Part shown: positions 53,554 to 64,000 of the stretch, one piece after another | Layout: each line of letters begins with the position of its first letter | Numbering within the stretch: the first letter of the stretch is position 1 | Source: Camelus ferus | Lineage: Eukaryota | Assembly (NCBI RefSeq): GCF_009834535.1 | Contig: NC_045697.1 | Span: 104,224,001-104,288,000 of the forward strand | Direction: 5' to 3' | DNA: 64,000 nucleotides | The notes under the pieces: model-generated | Databases searched by the model: none | Told to the model about the DNA's origin: nothing | What the model saw: only the letters and a program-made list of their open reading frames with translations | Program-made: the position numbers and the translations under genes

Positions 53554-56514
53554 GTCTTCTTTTGGGACGGGTGCAACCATCCACTTCGGGACCCAGTTTG
53601 TACGTTTGCTTTCTGAATCAGCGTAGAGTTTTCTCTGAAACAATGTGCCTTTACTAATCATTGCTGGTCGTGGTCTGTATTTCCCAGTCTTGGAAGCATC
53701 TCTCCTGACTACGGTTATTTCCATCTCATCTACAACTCTGTGAATGGAAACCTTAGACCTTGTCAATACTAAAGTCTGTTCAAAGGAGGAGCAGATGTTC
53801 TGTTTAATAATCACAATATTGTGACATCTCCAAAAAATCAGTCTATGTTTTTCTTTCCTTCAAAAGCCAAGCACCCGAGCATCTGTTTTTAAAAACATAC
53901 ACCTTTGTCTTGCAGATGTTTACAGTTATTCCACAACCTTTAAACCACCCTCACAAAATGACTCTGAAGTAGGTAAATAATGTAGTCTTTGAACAAAATA
54001 GGTGCCCTTTTGCCATGAAGAAAAATATATTATACACAGAAATCTGAAAATTCTAGGATAAAAGAAAAGGCTAGGAGCTTCAGATTATTTATAACCCACT
54101 TGTTTGCTTTTTAGGGATTTTGTAAGTCACTGAGTCTGATTCTATCAATTGCGAGAGAATAAAGCTACTTACTAATAGGACATGCAAGTTTGTTCTTTCT
54201 ACTAGTCAGCCACGAAATTTAGAATTCCACAATAGCAGGTTTATACCTTATTACTATGCATGGCTTTCAGTGTTTCATCCCGTGTTTCTTGTAATTCAAC
54301 ATTTACCAGTTACTTAATAGCATCTTAGTTTCAGTTAATTGCTCTATAAATAAGGGAAATGGTGAAAAGTTCGAAACGATTCGGAAGAGAAACTGCACTA
54401 GCTGAGACGTAAGTCCAAACTTCAGAAGAAAAATGATAAACACACAAAACAAAAGGAATTTGGAGGGTTTGTCTTGACAAAGATAAGGGAGATTCTGTAT
54501 GTTTCTAATCAGAAAAAAAAAAAGTCATCCCTGTAAATTAGTGAAGGGAAATTTAGGTTGGACTTCTAAGGAAAGTGATCTTCGGGTTGTGAGAGGCTGA
54601 ACATGCACGGTCCATGGAGGAAAATGACTGGAGTAGACGCTCATCTCAGAGGGAGGAGGCAGACATCGGAGTGGACCTGCAGCTCCAAGGAGAAGCCTGG
54701 AGTGCAGGCAATGATTTCTGCAGATGAGCTCCTTCCAGCACTAGGGGTTGGCAACTTGCCTCCCGTTTAGGGAAGAGCCTTTACTTAGCGGACGGTGGCC
54801 TAGTGTTTTAAGAGAATAAGCGCATCCCCCCGGTCCCTGCGCATCAGTATACACAGACCTCAGGGAGCTTTGGTGCTGTATTAATGCCAGATGCTCACTT
54901 AAGGCGCACAGGCACATAAGGGGAGGTACCATCTCTTTTTTAGCAACCAGGTTTAAAAACAAACAAACAAAAGAATTGCCCAGGTTCATCCCAAACTTTT
55001 GGACAGCTTGTCAAAATAAGGGATGGTGGAAGCACACGACACAACAAAATGCAAACAACAAACCTAGTCCTTTCGAGAAAACTCCTCAGCGTCCCCTGCG
55101 TGGTTCAGTCACGCTGCTCATTAAACGAGTCGTCGTCGTAATCCTCACTGTCAGCCCAACCTTCTAGGTGCCAGGATTTCCTTTTGAAGAGAGAAGGTAC
55201 TTGGTGGGCCAGCTTTGCAGAAAGGTAAACATTTGGAAGCCAGGAGGGGGTTTTCTGGTGTTGAAGATCTGGTTTCTTCTAAATTTAGAGGCCCTCCCAC
55301 TCAAACATACACATACTTTTTGCGGGGGTTGAAAATATTTTTTTAATTTATTTTAATTTTTTAGTTTGCACAGGCACCAGGTGCTGTGAAACACACCTCG
55401 AGTGTCTTTTAAAAATTAAAACAGGGTTGATTTGTAGTGTCAGTGGTTTCCTGCTAATCAAAATCACTGACAATTTTTCAGGAGGGAAGAGGTACGGTTT
55501 AGCTTTCTCACTAGAGAGCGTGGCTTCATTTTTCTGTTTTGATCTAAATCTGAATGTTTTCCAGCAGATAATTCTCTTGCATTTTTTAAAGGAGGGAAAC
55601 AGGGAATGCAATTCTCAGAAAATAAATGTTTATTTGGACACACAGGCTCCCCCACCGCCCTGGACAAATGTGTGGAACTCCAGGTCCCTCTGCTGGCCCA
55701 TCTCAGTGGGAGCACCTCCCGTCAGGGCACCTTCAGTGAGTCTGCCTCCAAACTAAAACTTCCAAAATGGAATGTTCTGTTTACTCTGGTCCTACTGCCA
55801 AGGGCCATCACCCGGATGCAGGGAGGGGGTACGTGTGGACACCATTTATGAGAAGAATGAGCAGCTCCCCACGTGAGGGTGGCTCTGATTTGTGTTTGAC
55901 TCTGAAGCCAAAGCACACGTCGATTCTGATGGGGTGTCCTTCCAATTGTCTTTAAAAAAAATTAGAATTGCCTTTTATGAACTAGAGAACATACAGGAAT
56001 CTTCTTGTCCTTAAATTTAAGGATTTCTTAAAGAACTAAAGAAATAAAAGAAGACACAGGAATTTAACAAAGCAGCGAGTTTCCCAGCAACAGTCATATA
56101 AGTACAGTTTTGTGAGCTCCAGATTTGATTCTTTTAAATTGGAGAATTGTGTTGCGGCATTCTGGTGTTCTTTTTCAATGGAAATAAAATTGTTCTATCA
56201 TGTTTAAAAAGAGTCTGTAGTTTAATTGTAAATGCATTCAAGAAAGCACCATTCTCTTTAAATTGTCATTAGGAGGGCCTTTATTTCAAACCATGAATTA
56301 ACACCAGAAAGGTGCTGTGTTTGCTTCCTAATGCTAATTGCCATGATATTTTTTATTACAGAAAAGAAATCAGATTTAAAAAAAAAAAAGCTCATGAGGT
56401 CAGTGGATTCAAATGGGTCAAGGCAAATAATATTTGAACAGTGATAAGTTGGTCTGAAGCTATCGTATTAAACCAAAAAGTAAATAAGGACCCAAAGCAA
56501 ATAATGACAGGAAG

Positions 56515-56582
56515 AAAGAGAGACAGAGACACAGAGAGAGAGACAGAGAGAGACAGAGAGACAGAGGAGGAGAGGAGAGGGG
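56515..56582. repeat. GA-rich (GAGACA)n-like simple repeat
   Basis: Direct. Confidence 0.85.
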
Positions 56583-57089
56583 AAATGAATAATGACAAAG
56601 AAAACCACTTCCAGCTGAAGGGCCCCTCACATTTTGAAAAGTGATACTGAATGAGTTTTAAAGATATGCATACTAATCTTCAATAGAGTAGCAATAGAGG
56701 GACATCATTCTGGAATATCTGAAATCATTTCTGTAGAAATCCGCCACTCCCCAGTTTGAAAATCTTCCATCATAAAGAACACACAGGAGAGACGGCACTA
56801 TTCTCCAGCTGGCGCTCTCAGCACATCAGTTCCAGCCCGCACGCAGGTCTGATAACCTTTGTTTTAGATGCAGCAGGTGAATACATATTTCAATTACTGG
56901 AGCTCTCCTATTTTTACAGGTTCAACTTTTTCATAATTGAGATGCTTGAGTACTTTTTGTTAAGACTTTTTCTCTTAAAAAAAGTGTATATGACAATTTT
57001 AAATTAAATGGCTTTAAAATTCATTTTGTTTTGAGGATTCTGTTGCCGGAGAAGTTAAGGACACTGGAACCCCTTCCAAAGTTACTGAC

Positions 57090-57228
57090 AATTGGAAGCA
57101 TGTGAGGGCGCTTTCAAAAATCCAGGCACTCAGGCCCCAGTGCAGATCTACTGAATCAGAATCTCTGAGGAAAGTTCCCTAGAATCTTTTATTTATTAAA
57201 TGTAATGCCTCTGAGTGGAAACCACTGC
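57090..57228. mobile_element. MER5-like hAT-Charlie fragment
   Basis: caggcccca...agatctactgaatcagaatctctg...gaaaccactg. Confidence 0.7.
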
Positions 57229-57577
57229 TCCAGGATGTTGCAAAATCAAGAGATGTTAAATGATTTTTTTTAATCATCCAACATCTGGGCAGTTCCTTGC
57301 AGCCAGGAAGACCAGAGGACCTGAGGCCACGCTATGTTCTATAAGCACCAGGCACAAATGTCTGTTTTCAAAAGATGCATAAAAACAGAATGTTGTTTAA
57401 GTATGCTTTCTAGGTAAGTAAATTGCAAACTCATAATTTAATATGCTCTACTTTTGTCCTATTATACAAAAGGATTCATTTAAATTACTAGTCTTTGCTT
57501 TCTAATTTTTTAAATTTGGTTGTTGGAAAAAGAAATTCATCATGTTTATCATAGTCATTGCTAACATAAAGGAACAA

Positions 57578-57596
57578 TGTTGCCACCTAGTGGTCA
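57578..57596 (-). promoter_or_regulatory. Strong CTCF motif
   Basis: Minus strand TGACCACTAGGTGGCAACA, close to the CCAC(C/T)AG(G/A)(T/G)GGC core. Confidence 0.6.
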
Positions 57597-57674
57597 ATTG
57601 GAGACATTAAAGACTCAGAATGTCTTGTTAAATGCCAGGTTGAAGGAAATGAACACTAAGGAAAGAAGGTAAAC

Positions 57675-57800
57675 AGCATGCACGAGGTCCTGGGTTCAAT
57701 CCCCAGTACCTCCATTAAAACAAATAAATAAGCCTAATCAAACAACGCCCCCCAGAAAAATAAAAAAATTTTTAATTTTAAAATAAAATTTTTTAAAAAG
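57675..57800 (+). mobile_element. 5'-truncated tRNA-derived SINE resembling camelid Vic-1
   Basis: agcatgcacgaggtcctgggttcaatccccagtacctcc (B-box GGTTCAATCC), then aaataaataagcctaat..., a C-run and an A/T-rich tail; A-box missing. Confidence 0.75.
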
Positions 57801-58944
57801 ATCCCATAGCCAGTACCAGAGATGATAAAAGATGTAAAAATACCTTGATAGGACAATGAGGTAAGTGATTCTTTCTAAATGAAAGGCATGGAGCCCTGGG
57901 GGCTTGTGAATCCTATAGTTCTCTGTGGACCAGAGCTAGCACAGCTTGGCTGCAATGCATAAACAGCGTTCGGGTGACACATAATTCACTGACTCTCAAA
58001 AAACTCACTCTGTCTTAGTTCAGAATTCACCAAGCAACTGCAGAATGGTAGAGAGGCGGAAAGCATGCAACTGGAGAACGGAATTACGTGGAGGAGGCAA
58101 GACCAAGATGAAGCACCCAAAAAGAGCCACCAACACCTGCTTATTCACTCCGAGCCACGGCTAGAACATCATTCCAGTAGCAGGGGGGATTTACGTCACA
58201 TTCAGAAGATGGTCAAGATCCCTCCCAACTTCCTTATGATTCACAGTATCATATAAAATTAATTTCTCACCCACTCATGAAGAGATGACTGCATGTTCCC
58301 ATCTCTGGAGCTGTTATTAAAGACCTCAAGCCTCCCCAGCCCCTCTCTCCATCTTAAAAGGTGCCTCTGCCTACTCTCTGCCCTGGGCTCTTCCCATCAT
58401 GGAGGGTCTGCTGTCAGACTGTAACTACGACTCACTTCTGTGCCAGTTACGGTCCCATAAGGACCACTCAGGTTAGGTCAGGCTACAGGACTCGGGAGAC
58501 TTCACAGGGCACACTCCTGTAAGCTTAAAATAAGGCAAGAGCTCTGGCGCACCAAGAGAAAGAGTGCACCCAGGTATTGAGAAGCCGAGGTACTTCCAGG
58601 CAAAGTCTCCAGGATTCTGCTTATTTCTAGAAGGAGGTGCTTGGTCTCTAGATTAAACCACTAAGACTTGTGCCTTGAATCTTGGTTTCCCAAGACCTCC
58701 AGGCAGAAGTTTCCAGTACAGCCTTGTACTCCCCTGGCCGCCTCTACCAAGCCAGGCTGGCTTGTAACACCAGGTGAAAGCTCTCAACAATCAATCTGGC
58801 GCTGGGGAGTTTCAGGCTGTAAAACGGTGCGTCATAAATCATTAGTTAGTTGGTTAGTTAGCCCACTGACCTTCAACTGGCCAGGAGTCAAAGCCAGACA
58901 TCCAAGTGTCTGTGGAAATAAGCAAAGAGCTGCTCTAGTCCAGT

Positions 58945-59260
58945 ATAAAATAACCCAACAACACAGGTGCTTTGACTGCAAGCAAAAGAAATGGCTTCTG
59001 ATCAACTTAAGCCAAAGAGAATTTACTGGGATGGATCTCACAAGAAGGTGAAGAGGATTGCACTTGAGAAGAGGCATTTAACAAGGCAGGTCCCTGACAA
59101 GGAAAAAGGAGTGACAAGGCGCTGCCAGCAGATCCTGGGGTTCCAACCAACTCCTCAGTCCCTTTGTTCCTCCACTCAAAATTCAGATCTACGGGGAATG
59201 GGCTACTGGGGTCCATATACTGCCACCAGTCCAGAGAAGTGGGGGGACCTGGACAACAGT
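58945..59260 (-). mobile_element. Old MLT1 (N/O-like) LTR
   Basis: ttgactgcaagcaaaagaaa...aacttaagccaaagagaatttactgg...ccactcaaaattcaga. Confidence 0.55.
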
Positions 59261-59594
59261 TGAATAAAAGGTAACTTCTGGGGAAAAAAAATAACTGTTA
59301 TTAGAAAGCAAAATGCCTTCTGCATTGTCAAAATCCAGACAATATTCATTCCAGCTTATAACTCCTGTTTGTGAATCAGAAGTTTGGGGCAATTCAGGTA
59401 GAATCCTTTATATCTAAGACAATAGCATCAATTCATTTCCTATGAAAATACTGTTCTTTCTTACTCCCCTCTTCCTGTATTATATCCTCCACCTGCCAAC
59501 AGCAGCACACTCACATCCGCTGTCATTTTAGAAAGATGTAAATCCTAGCTGACATGAAAAAGGAAACAAAAAATAGCTGGTGGTTTTAAAATAG

Positions 59595-59950
59595 TTTTTC
59601 TTATTATAAAACACATATGCCTATTATAGAAAAATTTTGAAAGTGAGGAAAATTATGAAGTGAAGGAAAACAAAATCAATTTGTAATTTCACAACAGAGG
59701 CAGAATCCTAGAAACATTCTGTTATATTTCCTCCCAGGTGGTATGTTGCTCCCACATTTTTGTCTATCTACGCACTGGTATAGTAATATAAACATTAGTC
59801 TATGCCCATATTGCTACATAATTTGGACCATGTGGTCTATTCAGGGTTTGGGGGTGGAGGGGTTGCCTTTTCTTTAACTTTGTTTTACAATGAACATTTT
59901 TTAGTCATCACATTTAATGCAAATTTGCAGTGTTCCCCATGTAAATATAT
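59595..59950 (-). mobile_element. Ancient L1ME-type 3' end
   Basis: ttttcttattataaaa...tagaaaaattttgaaa...aacattctgttatatttcctcccag. Confidence 0.55.
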
Positions 59951-61199
59951 TTTTAAGAAATGTGAATTTTTAGGTGGCACTTGAAGAATCATGTACATAA
60001 CCCTGGAAAGGGTGCCCATCAGAGGAAGCGATTAGAAATCAGCCCTGGGGCTTGCCAGGAAGAGGCAAAGAGGGAGTACGCCTGCAGAAGTCAAATGATG
60101 TGGCAAGAGTGGGGAAAAAATCCTCCGGAGTCAAAGAACCACCCGGCCAGTCCCTTCTGAGAAAAAAAAACACTATTAATAATAGAACTCTAGGTTCTGG
60201 CATCAATTTAACTGGCATTGTGGTCCTCCCCCATCTCCCGTCCTCAGTCTCCCACCGGACCCAGGACTGCTGTATTTCCTGGTATCTTCCTACCCTTCCC
60301 AGAACCACTAAGAATCTATTTATAACTGTGGGAGCTCAGCTGGGGCCCCTGTGACTGGCAGACTTGTGGAGGTGCCCCCTGAGGAGGGAACGGGTAAGGG
60401 AGCTCCGAGGCTGTGATCGCCTCTTTTCATGGGTCCCTGTTCACGGCTGTGACAAATGAAGATGCATGAAAACTACAGAACATGGACCTGTTTTTTGTTT
60501 TTTTTTTTTTTAGTTACAGTGAAATGCTCATAATGGGCATTTTTAATAAAACTTTCTGTAATTTTCCACCTCCCTTAATTTTTAGTGCTGCCTGACCCCT
60601 GACTGATTAGAGCTGGAGAAAGCACAGGATGTTTTCTTGAAAAGACTAATGGGATGAAATTATGAAATTGGCTGGGGAGTGACTTTTAAAAAATTGTCCC
60701 ACGTAAGTAATATCAAATCACCAAATATGACTTGATCATACCCAGAGGGAGGGAAAGTGTTTTTACAAGATTCAAGCTCAACTTGCCTATCAGTTATATT
60801 GAAGACCTGACACCACGTTTTCCTACAAAAATTCCACGGTCTCTTAATTTTCCAGTGGAAGTTACTGAGCTACTTTTGTTTGGTACCAAGGTAAATTCTG
60901 GGCCCAAACATGAACCAGACTTGATACTATAACTCAAGCAGGTGTGATGTGTGAGTCCCAAACAGCCCTACAACTGTGTAATGTCTAGATCCTGGGGGCA
61001 AACTCCTAGCTCATAATAGCATAGAAGGATCACGAATTTATTCACACTGTAATTATATGTAAAGAAAATATAGATTTCCACTTCCTTCTGTAACTGGGTC
61101 TGTCTTTCTCATCTGCCTCCGCCTGTTGGATCATGAGAGAAAAATCTTTTCATCAACTCAGTCTGGCACAAAAACCCTTAAGTAATGCTCTATCTCTTT

Positions 61200-61211
61200 A
61201 GGTCAAGGTCA
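61200..61211 (+). promoter_or_regulatory. Perfect DR0 (AGGTCAAGGTCA) containing TCAAGGTCA
   Basis: Motif read directly from the sequence; function unproven. Confidence 0.4.
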
Positions 61212-61684
61212 GTCTCTCAAATGTCACCCTACATCATCTCTGGTTTTATGAGCAGGGAGTGTGGCTTGTATAACCATGGGGAGGCAGAAGGAACAGGTGG
61301 TCCACAGAACCACCAGGCGTCCTCCGGAACCTCATGGACCCCTGAGATACAGTGACTTGTTCTGGCCAGGTTTAAACACTGGGTTGTGACCAGTTCATCT
61401 CTGGGCTTCCTCCTGGCACCTGTGCAGAAAGGCTGCAGCTTTTCCAGGCTTCACGTCTGGGATTCTGTGGAGCTCCCTCATGGCCCAGGCTTCAATTTGT
61501 CTTGCCCAAGAGCTGCAGGCCCAATGGAGTCTCTGCCTTATCTTCCATCTGCCCTTGGCCAGGCTGTCCCTTTTGTCATCTCCTCACCTTGTCCCACAGC
61601 AGCCCTGTGGTCCACTCGCCACCTCCCACTGGAGGCCTGTGGGGCTTTCTGAGTTCCATTCACACCTGGAAGAGCTAAGGGAAC

Positions 61685-61732
61685 TGCTCCAGACTGAAAA
61701 TCTTGTGTCCCCAGCCTCCAGACACACAAACA

Positions 61733-61773
<41 letters not shown>

Positions 61774-61982
61774 TTGTTGAAATCCTAACTCCAAGGTGAT
61801 GGTATTCGGTGGTGGGGCCTTTGGGAGGCCATGAGGTCATGAGGTCATGAAGGTAGAGCCCTCATGAATGAGGTTAATGCCCTTATTGAAAAAAGGCTCC
61901 AACCTGACCATCAATGAGGATGCTGTCACAAAAACATCCAGTTTACAGTATTTCTGTTACCGCAGCCTGAACAGAGTAAGGT
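61685..61982 (+). mobile_element. MLT1A/A0-like LTR with an internal (CA)n expansion and an internal deletion
   Basis: tgttgaaatcctaac...gtgatggtatt...ggggcctttgggagg...agccctcatgaatg...gtatttctgtta..gcagcctgaacag; (CA)n at ~61722-61769. Confidence 0.85.
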
Positions 61983-62421
61983 TGGGACCCAGAAAAGATG
62001 AGCCTGGCCCCCTGCTCAACCCTGCTCAGCCACTGAATCTACCCAGATGGCACCACCTTGACAACCCCAGTGTTGATGCTGTTGGTCCATATGGAAGCTC
62101 CTTGCAGAATTCCAAAGTGGGCAAACAATTCTCAGCCTTAAACCTAATCCTGCTTCTCCTTCAGCACCTCATCTGAAAGAGGAGAGATGGGGACCAATGT
62201 GTCTCACACAGCCTCTCCCACTTCCCCTCCTGCCTAATAATATCCTTGTTGTGGAGCGGTTGGGCCAGGATTCCCCTCTGAAAACTCCACAAACTGGCCA
62301 GCCAGACCTGCCTCTTGAACTTTTAAAGAAGCTTGGTTATGAGAAATTCCTTACTCTTGCTCAAAACCTTTGGCTTTCTAAAGTTAAGAAAATCAACTTT
62401 GAGATTCAAGCCTCTCTAGGT

Positions 62422-63117
62422 CAGTGGTTCTAGGGGCATGTTGGAAAGTTGTGGGGTGAATCTTGGTTGTCACAAAAATTGGGCAGCTCCAGGTTACTGG
62501 CATTTAGTAGATGAGGGTCAAGGGTAATCAATGTCCTGGAATGAAGGAGGCAGTTCCATAATGAAAAATCATCGTTTCCAAAGTTCATGTAGATGAGAGA
62601 ACTGTTTAGCATTTTCTGAGCTTAAAACCTAACTCTAACAAACTGGTTCAGCATGGTTTAAATATAAATCATGTATTTAGTTTACATAAGCCAGTTTCAA
62701 ATTTCCAGCAAGGTAATTAATGCATAAGTGAGGGAAGATTACCCTCTGCCTTGTTTGAAACATGACCGAGTTTTTCCCTATTTCAAAAAATCACAAAGAG
62801 CAGTACTGTTTGTTGTCTCTGAGTCACACAGAACCTGTCTGCATGGTTGGCTGTCCTTCAGGGCGATCATGGAGACACAAGTCTTATGCCTTCGGCGCAG
62901 GTGTACCCAGCATTACACTGACATGCATGTTATTTCACCTTAAGTCATTTCCTCTGTCTCTCCTTTCTATTTCAACTAGAGCATTGCATTGATATTTAAA
63001 AGAATGTAGTAGGTAGCTAATGTTAGCTCTAAAATTTCATTGTGGGAGAATAAAGGAGGAATAAAAACTGATTGTTACACAAAGGGGGTTGGAGTCAGGC
63101 AAGGACAAGAGCTACTG
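62422..63117 (+). mobile_element. Near full-length MER20B-like hAT-Charlie element
   Basis: cagtggttc...ttggttgtcacaa...tactggcatttagt...ctgagcttaaaacctaactc...gagggaagatt...aaagggggttggagtc...gagctactg; imperfect 8-bp TSD ctctaggt/ctctgggc. Confidence 0.8.
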
Positions 63118-63144
63118 CTCTGGGCAGTCCCCACGTCCCCGCTC

Positions 63145-63350
63145 TCCATATTGAGTACTTGCATGTGCGCTCAGTGTTTTCCAGACCTGCTCTCCTTGAC
63201 TCTTCTGAACCGTCCTCTGAGGTGGGCATTATCACCCCTACTTTAAAGAGGATGGAACTGCAGCTTAGAAAATCTAAGGAAAGCAGTATGTGGAAAAGCT
63301 GGGATCCAAATTCAAGTTCACTTGGCTGCAAAGCCTGGCCTCTTAATGAT
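63145..63350 (-). mobile_element. MIR SINE
   Basis: attgagtacttgcatgtgc...ctctgaggtgggcattatcacccctacttt...gctgggatccaaattcaag. Confidence 0.7.
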
Positions 63351-63366
63351 CCGGTGTATTTAATGT

Positions 63367-63432
63367 AAAGAAAAAAAGAAGGAAGGGAGGAAAGAAAGGA
63401 GGGAGGGAGGGAGGAAGAAAGAGAGAGAAGGG
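63367..63432. repeat. Pure purine (GGAA/GGGA/GA)n tract
   Basis: Direct. Confidence 0.85.
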
Positions 63433-64000
63433 GCCATATTTTGTAAATTTCACTATCATATTCCTATTTATGCAGTTTAAAAAACCAATCATCAAAAATA
63501 TTTATCAGGCAATTAAAAGAAGCAGCAACCAAGATCTAGAGTTTTGTGTTTTAAGCAATCCTCTGTGGAATCCTTTACTGTTACCTAATTGTCTGACTTA
63601 ACATATCTCTGTGCTATTGTAACTTCCTCAATATTTTTTGTGGGAAAATACTAATCCTTACAATGTAAGTGACCAGCTAACAGTTTTACAGTGCAGTATT
63701 TCTCTAGTCTTTCATCCAAGAAACTGAAAGCACTTTAGCAACTTGAGTCCAATATGGAAAATAGCCCTACCTCCAATTATACAAAATGATAATAAGTGTA
63801 TTTCTACCCATGCTGTCACCCGAGAGAGGAGTCAGATTGTAGAACACATAAAAATTACTCATCCAGTTTCAGAAAAGGGTTTTTCTCCCCAAGATCCACA
63901 GGAAACCTCAGCTGATAAAAATACGGACAAGAACGGTTGCTATTTATGGAGTCCCTGCTTTCCACCCATTAGTTTAGGCGCATTATTTCATTAAAACCGT

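Noticed and set aside
54760..55140. CpG island or promoter
   Set aside because: Only a modest local CpG excess over a short span, interrupted by A/T-rich sequence, with no associated first exon evident.
57686..57712. tRNA gene suggested by the GGTTCAATCCC T-loop
   Set aside because: No A-box or D-arm and no cloverleaf; it continues into a SINE body and tail.
1..64000. CRISPR arrays, operons or other prokaryote-type systems
   Set aside because: The window is mammalian repeat-rich DNA, and I saw no regularly spaced repeat-spacer arrays or gene clusters.

Overview
This is AT-rich eutherian genomic DNA (a large intron or gene-poor intergenic region) with no recognisable intact protein-coding gene, RNA gene or CpG island. 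The ORF track is explained by chance ORFs, microsatellites and decayed L1/L2 ORF2 pieces. A 5'-truncated tRNA-derived SINE resembling camelid Vic-1, cetartiodactyl-type young L1 3' ends, and no obvious Alu, B1, Bov-tA, PRE1 or SINEC suggest a camelid (inference). A large fraction is interspersed repeat: young L1 3' fragments (several with clear target-site duplications), L1MC1, L1MA9-like and L1ME copies, L2, MIR, a CR1/Plat_L3 3' end, MaLR/ERVL solo LTRs, and DNA transposon MITEs (Tigger5b/MER47-like, MER45A, MER20, MER20B, MER5). The most notable observations are: (1) a very decayed, intronless cTAGE5/MIA2-like retrocopy on the minus strand at ~25.4-26.1 kb, invisible in the ORF track; (2) complex L1 insertion architectures (nested with two TSD pairs, tandem composite, twin-priming inversion, tail-only insert); (3) three perfect AGGTCA direct repeats (DR4, DR0, DR2); (4) convergently oriented CTCF-like motifs. 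Repeat family names come from remembered consensus sequences, not from a search, and boundaries of old repeats are approximate. I found no convincing evidence of a novel biological system.
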